Source: an uncultured Chromatiales bacterium (GTDB taxonomy: Bacteria > Pseudomonadota > Gammaproteobacteria > SZUA-140). From it: DNA of 64,000 nucleotides. The stretch spans positions 2,946-66,945 of the forward strand of contig CAYTGL010000001.1 of the NCBI GenBank assembly GCA_964437335.1, written 5' to 3'. Both the position numbers and the translations under genes were made by a program. Under the pieces are notes generated by a model, which did no database searches, was not told the origin of the DNA, and worked only from the letters and a program-made list of their open reading frames with translations. Each line of letters starts with the position of its first letter. Within the stretch, counting starts at the first letter, position 1. Positions 57,572 to 64,000 of the stretch are shown here, piece after piece.

Positions 57572-58888
57572 ATGAAGAAGCTAATCGCCTCTGTGGCGGG
57601 ATTAGTCGGATGCCTCCTCGCTCTCGCATCTGTTGCGCAGGCCGCTGATGTCGGGGTGCTCGGCGTGCGCATGTGGCCCGCGCCGGACAGCAGCCGGATC
57701 GTGTTCGACGTCAGCGGTCCGGTGCGCTACAAGGTCTTCCGCCTCGACAATCCCGATCGGGTCGTCGTCGATTTCAGCAACGCATCGCTCAAGACCCGCC
57801 TGCCTTCGCCGTCCCAGCAGGATCGCATTACGCAGCGCGTCCGCCATGCGGTGCGCGGCCAGGATGATTTACGGATCGTACTCGACGTCAGTCAGCCGAT
57901 CGATGTCAAGAGTTTTCTGCTCGAACCCAATGAACACTACGGACACCGGCTCGTCCTCGACCTGGTTAAACCGCAGGCCGCGCGCGATCCGGTCGTGACG
58001 CACAACGTGCAGGCGACGCCGGATACGGATACCCCGCGCGAGATCGTGATCGCGATCGATGCCGGCCACGGCGGCGAGGATCCCGGCGCGCGCGGTTACG
58101 CGGGGAACTATGAAAAGGATCTGGTGCTCGCAATCGCCCGTCGGCTCCAGTCTCTCGTTGCGAACGAGCCGGGTATGCGCCCGGTGATGATTCGCGATGG
58201 TGATTATTTCATCAGCCTGCGCAATCGAACACTGAAGGCGCGCGCGGCGAAGGCGGACCTGTTCGTGTCGATCCACGCCGACGCGTTCCATGATCAGCGA
58301 GTCAGAGGCTCGTCGCTGTACGTGCTGTCGCAGGGCGGCGCGAGCAACGAGGCGGCGCGCTGGCTCGCCGAGCGGGAGAATGCCTCGGACCTGATCGGTG
58401 GCGTCAGTCTCGACAACAAGGACAATGTGCTCAAATCGGTGCTGCTCGACCTGTCGCAATCCGCAACGATCGAGGCGAGTTTCGAGGCCGGGGATGCGAT
58501 CCTCCGTCATATGAGCCCGCTCGGGCGGGTGCACAAGCCGCGCGTGCAGCAGGCGGGTTTTGCGGTGCTGAAGTCGCCGGACATCCCGTCAGTGCTGATC
58601 GAGACCGCGTTCATCTCGAATCCCGAGGACGAGAGCAAGCTGCGCAACGACCGTCACCAGCAGGCCGTCGCCGAGGCGATATTCCGGGGGTTAAAGGACT
58701 ATTTCAACAAGCATCCGCCGGCCGGCACGCTGTATGCGGTGAACCGCCGTCATATCATCTCGCGGGGCGATACGCTGTCGCAACTGGCGCAGCAGTATCG
58801 CGTCAGCGTCGATAACCTGCGCATCGCGAACAACCTGAAAAACGATGTCTTGCGCATCGGCCAGGTCCTGCAGATCCCGCCGGGTTAG
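57572..58888 (+). CDS. amiB: N-acetylmuramoyl-L-alanine amidase with AMIN and C-terminal LysM domains
   Basis: Signal peptide MKKLIASVAGLVGCLLALA. AMIN domain, Amidase_3 core (IDAGHGGEDPGA ... SIHADA), C-terminal LysM (YRVSVDNLRIANNL). Symbol by synteny (nnr-tsaE-ami-mutL). Confidence 0.85.
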   Translation: MKKLIASVAGLVGCLLALASVAQAADVGVLGVRMWPAPDSSRIVFDVSGPVRYKVFRLDNPDRVVVDFSNASLKTRLPSPSQQDRITQRVRHAVRGQDDLRIVLDVSQPIDVKSFLLEPNEHYGHRLVLDLVKPQAARDPVVTHNVQATPDTDTPREIVIAIDAGHGGEDPGARGYAGNYEKDLVLAIARRLQSLVANEPGMRPVMIRDGDYFISLRNRTLKARAAKADLFVSIHADAFHDQRVRGSSLYVLSQGGASNEAARWLAERENASDLIGGVSLDNKDNVLKSVLLDLSQSATIEASFEAGDAILRHMSPLGRVHKPRVQQAGFAVLKSPDIPSVLIETAFISNPEDESKLRNDRHQQAVAEAIFRGLKDYFNKHPPAGTLYAVNRRHIISRGDTLSQLAQQYRVSVDNLRIANNLKNDVLRIGQVLQIPPG

Positions 58889-58977
58889 CCCTCCGGCCCG
58901 GACAAGGCCCTTCTGCGAATAATCTGCGGGGATCAACAACGCTGACCCCTCGACTGCGTCACGGGTATAATGCCCCG

Positions 58978-60780
58978 ATGCGCATCCACCGCCTGTCAGA
59001 CCAGCTCGCCAACCAGATCGCCGCCGGCGAGGTCGTCGAACGGCCGGCCTCGGTCGTCAAGGAACTGCTCGAAAACAGCCTCGATGCCGGCGCGACCGAG
59101 ATCGCGATCGATATCGAACAGGGCGGCCTGCGCCTGATCCGCGTCCGCGACGATGGCTGCGGCATTCATCACGACGACCTCGGTCTCGCCCTGAGCCGGC
59201 ACGCGACCAGCAAGCTCAGGACGGCCGAAGAACTCGGCAGCATCCGCACGCTCGGCTTCCGCGGCGAGGCGCTGCCGAGCATCGTATCGGTGGCGCGGCT
59301 CGTGCTGACATCGCGCACAAGCGAGGATCCACATGCGTGGCGCACCGAGGCCGGGCTCGACGGCGCGGTCGGCGCGCCGGTTCCGGCCGCGCATCCGCCC
59401 GGCACGACGGTCGAAGTCCGCGACCTGTTTTTCAACATTCCGGCGCGGCGCAAGTTCCTGCGCACCGAGCGCACCGAGTTCGGCCATATCGAAGAGATCT
59501 TCCGGCGTATCGCGCTCAGCCGTTTCGATGCCGGTTTCCTGCTCACGCACAATCAGCGCGCGATCCACCAGCTCCGGCCGCTTCCCGCGCAGCGGGAACG
59601 CATACAGCGCATCGCGGACCTGTGTGGCGAGTTGTTCGCGGCGAATTGCCTGGAGATCAGACGGGAAGCGGGCGATTTGCGCTTGTTCGGCTGGATCGGA
59701 CTGCCAACCGCGTCACGCGCCCAGACCGATCTCCAGTACTTCCATGTCAATGGGCGTGTCGTGCGTGACCGCCTGGTCGCACACGCGATCCGCCGCGCCT
59801 ACCAGGACGTGCTCTATCATGGACGGCATCCGGCCTATGTCCTGTATCTTGAGATCCCGCCCGGCGAGGTCGATGTCAACGTACATCCGACCAAGCACGA
59901 GGTGCGCTTCCGGGAGAGCCGGCGCATCCATGATTTCCTGTTCCGCACGATCCATGACGCGCTGGCGCGCAGTGGACCGGGCGCGGAAAGTATCGGCGAC
60001 CCTGTCCGCATGCCGATCGTCAGTCCGGGCGGGTGTGACGAGTCGGCTCAGTCGAGTCCGGGAGTTCAGCGGGCAGGTGGTATTCAGCACGCGATGCCGC
60101 TCCCGCGTAATGACAGGGGCGTCGACTCGAGATTGCTCTACGCGACCTTGCAGGGCGCCGTCGCGAACGCCGTGCATGAAGACGCCGGAGACGACGTGCA
60201 CCCGCTCGGGCGTGCGCTCGCACAGATCCACGGCGTCTATATTCTTGCCGAAAACAGGCACGGACTGGTCCTGGTCGACATGCACGCGGCACACGAACGC
60301 ATCGTCTACGAACGCATGAAACTCAGCCACCGCGATGGCGGAATCCGTTCACAACCGCTGCTCGTACCGCTGACGATTCGCATGAGCCGCCGCGAGGTCG
60401 CGCTGGTCGAACAGCACCAGACGGTATTCGACGCGATCGGTCTCGAGGTCGCGTGCCTGTCCGACGACACCGTTGCGGTGCGCGCGGTGCCGAATCTGCT
60501 GTGCGAGTCCGATGTCGATACCCTGGTCAGGGACATCATCGCCGATCTCGGTGCCGACGGGGACAGCAGCCGCGCCGATGAACGGATCGACGAGATCCTC
60601 GCGACGATGGCCTGTCACGGTTCGGTACGGGCAAATCGCCGTCTCACGCTGCCGGAAATGGATGCGCTGCTTCGTGACATGGAGCGCACCGAACGCAGCG
60701 GGCAATGCAATCACGGCCGCCCGACCTGGGTGCAGCTCGACATGCAGGCGCTGGATCGGTTGTTTTTGCGCGGGCGATAA
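58978..60780 (+). CDS. mutL: DNA mismatch repair protein MutL
   Basis: GHKL ATPase N-terminal (ANQIAAGEVVERPASVVKELLENSLDAGA), C-terminal dimerisation domain. Confidence 0.95.
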   Translation: MRIHRLSDQLANQIAAGEVVERPASVVKELLENSLDAGATEIAIDIEQGGLRLIRVRDDGCGIHHDDLGLALSRHATSKLRTAEELGSIRTLGFRGEALPSIVSVARLVLTSRTSEDPHAWRTEAGLDGAVGAPVPAAHPPGTTVEVRDLFFNIPARRKFLRTERTEFGHIEEIFRRIALSRFDAGFLLTHNQRAIHQLRPLPAQRERIQRIADLCGELFAANCLEIRREAGDLRLFGWIGLPTASRAQTDLQYFHVNGRVVRDRLVAHAIRRAYQDVLYHGRHPAYVLYLEIPPGEVDVNVHPTKHEVRFRESRRIHDFLFRTIHDALARSGPGAESIGDPVRMPIVSPGGCDESAQSSPGVQRAGGIQHAMPLPRNDRGVDSRLLYATLQGAVANAVHEDAGDDVHPLGRALAQIHGVYILAENRHGLVLVDMHAAHERIVYERMKLSHRDGGIRSQPLLVPLTIRMSRREVALVEQHQTVFDAIGLEVACLSDDTVAVRAVPNLLCESDVDTLVRDIIADLGADGDSSRADERIDEILATMACHGSVRANRRLTLPEMDALLRDMERTERSGQCNHGRPTWVQLDMQALDRLFLRGR

Positions 60781-60787
60781 TCCTTAA

Positions 60788-60815
60788 GGGTCAGACCCCT
60801 ACGGGGTCTGACCCC
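60788..60815. repeat. REP-like palindrome GGGTCAGACCCC-tac-GGGGTCTGACCC immediately after the mutL stop
   Basis: Perfect inverted repeat. Same family as 45907-45935. Followed by an AT-rich spacer. Confidence 0.55.
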
Positions 60816-61027
60816 ATGGATCAACGACTCTGGTGCCTTGATCCTTTTCTAATTTTTTATATCAATTAATTCATGTAGATAATTAGATAATACTGAGTAG
60901 CTCACTTCACAAGTTAATCATTATGTTGTAATCGTAATATATATGTGATAACGTGTGCCTGCGAGTTTGCGAATGGATTGCTGGACAAGGATGTCCTCTC
61001 TTTTCCGTCCTTGCCGGGTATGCGTAG

Positions 61028-61486
61028 ATGAGTTGCATCACTGAGATTACCGCTCTGCATGAGGTCCCGGGACGGGTCCGGTTTTTTGTTCCGCAGATCA
61101 AGTCGAGTCCGGCGAATGCTGCGACTCTCAAGGATTACCTGAAAAAGATTCCTGGCATCTTTCACGCGAAGACCTGCCCTCACTTGGGCACCCTGATCGT
61201 ATATTTCGATACTGCTGAGGTCTCCAGGGCATCGTTGCATGACCACATTCACGATTGCGAGCTTCCCGAAATGATTGTTGGCCCAACCCATGCGCCGGCA
61301 CCAATACAAGTCAGGCACCGCATCTCAGTCAAGAGAACCCAGTCCGTCAATACAAGAACAAATTCCGGCTTGTTAATAGCACTGGTGAAGCAGGGCCTGC
61401 TCGCAAGCGGTGGAAATTACAGCGGTAGTCTCGGTCTCGGCATGACCGCACTCAGAACGCTGCTCGCCGTAGCTCGTGCCCACTGA
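61028..61486 (+). CDS. hypothetical protein with N-terminal HMA-like domain lacking CxxC (motif H-x2-PGR-V-R-F)
   Basis: 152 aa. ALHEVPGRVRFFVPQIKSS...LKKIPGIFHAKTCPHLGTLIVYFD. Paralogous to the N-termini of ORFs at 62687 and 63287. Confidence 0.5.
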   Translation: MSCITEITALHEVPGRVRFFVPQIKSSPANAATLKDYLKKIPGIFHAKTCPHLGTLIVYFDTAEVSRASLHDHIHDCELPEMIVGPTHAPAPIQVRHRISVKRTQSVNTRTNSGLLIALVKQGLLASGGNYSGSLGLGMTALRTLLAVARAH

Positions 61487-61517
61487 GAGTATCAGAAAGA
61501 TATCAAAGAAAGAGCTG

Positions 61518-61679
61518 TTGCGGCCTGATGAGGCCGCCGAGTTGCTCAATGTCAGTCGCTGGACCATCTACCGCTGGGTCAAGAAAGGCGAGCTTGAGGC
61601 GACCAAGATCAGTTCCGGCAGCCTGCGGATCTTCCGCCATTCAATCCAGAAAATAATCGACGACAAGCGCACCGGATAA
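61518..61679 (+). CDS. excisionase/AlpA-type (HTH_17) small DNA-binding protein
   Basis: LLRPDEAAELLNVSRWTIYRWVKKGELEATKI. TTG start preceded by AAAGAAAGAG; the ORF track's alternative GTG start is at 61476. Confidence 0.6.
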   Translation: MRPDEAAELLNVSRWTIYRWVKKGELEATKISSGSLRIFRHSIQKIIDDKRTG

Positions 61680-61826
61680 ACCTCGTGCCCGGCAGAATCT
61701 TAATGCCAGGTGCCTCCTGACTTTTTACAGGAATTCGAACGTGGCGACATTAGTTGTAGCATCCGTTGGCAGGCATTGGCAGATGCTATTGTTTCCCGGC
61801 TGGCAAAGGACTGATACTCAATAACC

Positions 61827-62141
61827 GTGAAGAAGGTGGTTGTATTCAGGGAATTCCATTTATCGACAAAGGAATTCTCCACCCGTCTTGACCGCTACCT
61901 GGTGCAGGCGGACCAGACATTCAAGACGTTTGATGGCGCAGTGAAATATGTCTGGAACGACCGCCGTGATCGCGTATCAATTCATTCGAGCCTGTTCACC
62001 GCAGATATCATGCATCTGGCCAGCAAGGGAGTACTGGTCGTGGTCATCCTGTCAGTAATCACGATCCCATTCAGGCGGCAGATCGAGAATCGAATCGATC
62101 ATGCACTGACCGCAATATTTGAAACCAAAGGAGAAGTTTGA
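61827..62141 (+). CDS. hypothetical protein (one predicted TM helix)
   Basis: 104 aa. First of four overlapping-stop/start ORFs (61827-63229). No family recognised. Confidence 0.4.
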   Translation: MKKVVVFREFHLSTKEFSTRLDRYLVQADQTFKTFDGAVKYVWNDRRDRVSIHSSLFTADIMHLASKGVLVVVILSVITIPFRRQIENRIDHALTAIFETKGEV

Positions 62142-62428
62142 ACATGTTAATTCATCCTGCATTCTGGATCGGCGCCGCCGTGGTTGTGGCTTATGAATTC
62201 TGGCCACAGATCAGCAAGGCAACGCGTCCGACGGGCGTCAAGTTACTTAAGGCCGGTATCGCGACCGGAGAAAATATCAGGAAATCGGTCAGTAGGGCCA
62301 AGGAAGGACTTGATGACCTGATGGCCGAGGTGAAGAGCGAGGAAGCGCACGAGCATCATGATGAAGTCCCGGAGCACAAGAGCATCACGAAGAAGCACGG
62401 CAAGGTGAACAAACATGACGCCAACTAG
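62138..62428 (+). CDS. hypothetical small protein with His/Glu-rich C-terminus
   Basis: 96 aa. N-terminal TM-like segment. Tail EEAHEHHDEVPEHKSITKKHGKVNKHDAN suggests metal binding. Confidence 0.4.
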   Translation: MNMLIHPAFWIGAAVVVAYEFWPQISKATRPTGVKLLKAGIATGENIRKSVSRAKEGLDDLMAEVKSEEAHEHHDEVPEHKSITKKHGKVNKHDAN

Positions 62429-62690
62429 CGGCATGTCTCAAATGGTGGGCGGCATGTTCGGGTCGGCAAACGGCGGCCTCGTCGTCGGGGTGTTCGTTCC
62501 GCTGCTGACCGGGGCGATGATTGCCAGCGCAGTAATATCGCTGATGCGTCACGACCATTCGCGCCTGCTCACCACGCTGAGAAATCCGGATGAAACGGCC
62601 GCGGGGAGGACGCTTGAAGAACTCCTTGCGGAAAAGGAACACCTTGAAGACCTGATCGCGGAAGCCGCGGCCAAGCAAAGCAAGAAATGA
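62415..62690 (+). CDS. hypothetical small membrane protein
   Basis: 91 aa. Gly-rich TM segment (GGLVVGVFVPLLTGAMIASAVISL). Start and stop overlap the flanking genes. Confidence 0.4.
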   Translation: MTPTSGMSQMVGGMFGSANGGLVVGVFVPLLTGAMIASAVISLMRHDHSRLLTTLRNPDETAAGRTLEELLAEKEHLEDLIAEAAAKQSKK

Positions 62691-63229
62691 TACGGGCGGC
62701 AGTACTGCATCGACTCCCGGGGCGCCTTCGTATCCGCGGAGATGCGCTATGCGGTCAGGATGCCGCGCTGCGCGCTATCGAGCAGGAACTGTCGGCCTTT
62801 GCCGGCGTTATGAAAGTGACTGGCAACAATGTCACGGGCAGCGTACTGATCGAATATGATGCCGATGTCCTGTCGGATGGACAATTGCTCGTTCGCTTGC
62901 GACAAACTCTCGATTTCACCACTGAAGAATCCGCCACAGATAGCAGCGATCCCGTGGGCGACGCTCCGGTGAGCGATTCACCAAAGGTCGCTGCTGTGAT
63001 CCAGTCGCCGTTCGATCGCGTTGACGAAATGCTGAAAGAGCTTAGCGATGGCTTTCTCGACCTGCGTTATTCGGTTCCGGTGGTCTTTATCGTGCTCGGC
63101 ACCTGGAAGGTATTGATGTCGTCGTCACCACCCGGCATCCCCTGGTACATGTATTACTGGATGTCCTATCGCCTGTTCGCGAATAACCGTACCTCGGAGA
63201 AGCTGAGTAGTTACCAGAAACCAGTTTGA
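62687..63229 (+). CDS. hypothetical protein with N-terminal HMA-like domain lacking CxxC (H-x2-PGR-L-R-I)
   Basis: 180 aa. VLHRLPGRLRIRGDALCG...MKVTGNNVTGSVLIEYD. C-terminal hydrophobic/aromatic segment. Confidence 0.5.
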   Translation: MIRAAVLHRLPGRLRIRGDALCGQDAALRAIEQELSAFAGVMKVTGNNVTGSVLIEYDADVLSDGQLLVRLRQTLDFTTEESATDSSDPVGDAPVSDSPKVAAVIQSPFDRVDEMLKELSDGFLDLRYSVPVVFIVLGTWKVLMSSSPPGIPWYMYYWMSYRLFANNRTSEKLSSYQKPV

Positions 63230-63286
63230 TCTGATTATCCACCCGGCGTTGCCGACGCGAGCCGGCACCCAAGACAGGGGACCCAG

Positions 63287-64000
63287 ATGTCATCGCGAGC
63301 AATACATGATCTATCCGATCCATTGATAAAGGACGCAGGCAAATCGGCCTCTCCCCAGCCGCGATCCCGGCGAGATCTTGCCTCCTGGCCGAAGCATCGG
63401 CTGCAATATCGCGTCCTCCACTTCACCCCAGGACGAATACGATTTTTCATCCCGCTGATCGAAGATAATCACGAGCTCTCCGCGTGCTTCGAACACGCAT
63501 ATCACGGCGTCGACGGTGTTGAACACGTCAGTGCGAATCCGGTCACCGGGACACTGCTGATCCAGTACAACCCCGCCACGACGAACCTGGCGTTTGTCGT
63601 CCATCATCTGCTTGTCGCGCAGGACCAGGACGACTTCAACGCGGCGGCGGGTGAGAGCTACTGCGCCGGACCGATCTGCGTCCACTGTCACAGCGCCGCC
63701 CATGCGGAGCACGAACCGTTCGACCTGAAGCGCAAGTTCATCGGCGTTATCGTGACCGGCGTGATTCTCGGCATCGTCGGCTTTCAGGGCTATCTCGCGC
63801 GCTTCATCCCCGGTCTCGCGAAGCTGCCCGGCCTGTGGATCGCGTCGGGCACGGCGCTGGTCGCGGGCATCCCGGTATTCCGCGAAGGCTGGGAAACGAT
63901 GCGCGAGGAAAAACGCCTGAACCTCGATTTCCTCGTTGCGATGGCCGGCATTGCGTCGATCGCCGCCCGCCAGGGCGTCGCGGCCCTCGAGGTCGTCTGG
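63287..64000 (+). CDS. heavy-metal-translocating P1B-type ATPase, N-terminal part (runs off window end)
   Basis: N-terminal HMA-like domain (VLHFTPGRIRFFIPLIED...TGTLLIQYNP); Cys/His cluster CAGPICVHCHSAAH; first TM helices and a conserved cytoplasmic-loop start (FREGWETMREEKRLNLDFLVAMAGIA). Confidence 0.8.
   Translation, partial: MSSRAIHDLSDPLIKDAGKSASPQPRSRRDLASWPKHRLQYRVLHFTPGRIRFFIPLIEDNHELSACFEHAYHGVDGVEHVSANPVTGTLLIQYNPATTNLAFVVHHLLVAQDQDDFNAAAGESYCAGPICVHCHSAAHAEHEPFDLKRKFIGVIVTGVILGIVGFQGYLARFIPGLAKLPGLWIASGTALVAGIPVFREGWETMREEKRLNLDFLVAMAGIASIAARQGVAALEVVW

Noticed and set aside
1-64000. CRISPR arrays, tRNA/rRNA genes, transposases/integrases
   Set aside because: No regularly spaced direct repeats, no cloverleaf-compatible segments in the larger intergenic gaps, and no transposase- or integrase-like ORFs. 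The only candidate mobile signatures are the REP-like palindromes and the low-GC segments.

Overview
High-GC (~65%) gammaproteobacterial-type chromosomal segment, gene-dense, with no rRNA/tRNA, CRISPR or obvious mobile-element genes. (1) 1-11.3 kb: a polar-flagellum export/regulation block fliM'-fliNOPQR-flhB-flhA-flhF-fleN-fliA-motAB, followed by a tiny highly charged ORF and a DUF2802 protein. (2) 12-20 kb: a REC-GGDEF(degenerate)-EAL protein divergent from a GYF_2-TM-pentapeptide-repeat protein, an APH-like/P-loop bifunctional kinase, an unknown 186-aa protein, dinG/yoaA-like helicase, tsaB, HIT. (3) 20-24.4 kb: di-haem cytochrome c peroxidase, slyD, DUF3300, glutaminyl cyclase. (4) 24.4-45.6 kb on the minus strand: a large metal-uptake accessory region. 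It contains a Vibrio-TonB2-like six-gene system (ttpB-ttpC-exbB-exbD-tonB-TPR) preceded by tandem Fur-box-like repeats; three TonB-dependent receptors, one of them frameshifted; two DUF4198 genes (a third copy lies at 52.8 kb); a low-GC inserted Opp/Nik-type ABC importer with a lipoprotein SBP; a duplicated ~0.6 kb leader plus trkH 3' remnant; repeated palindromes; and a conserved long leader with cobalamin-riboswitch-like motifs. trkH follows. (5) 46-60.8 kb: housekeeping genes (SRP RNA ffs, dnaX-ybaB-recR, rrf2 regulator, rsgA, M48 peptidase, orn, DUF4198 + tri-haem cytochrome c, queG, nnr-tsaE-amiB-mutL). (6) 60.8-64 kb: a synteny break after mutL, an AT-rich spacer, then a lower-GC cluster of an excisionase-type HTH, small His-rich/membrane proteins, three paralogous HMA-like domains lacking CxxC, and the start of a P1B-type ATPase. 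Many long ORFs antisense to real genes are GC artefacts.
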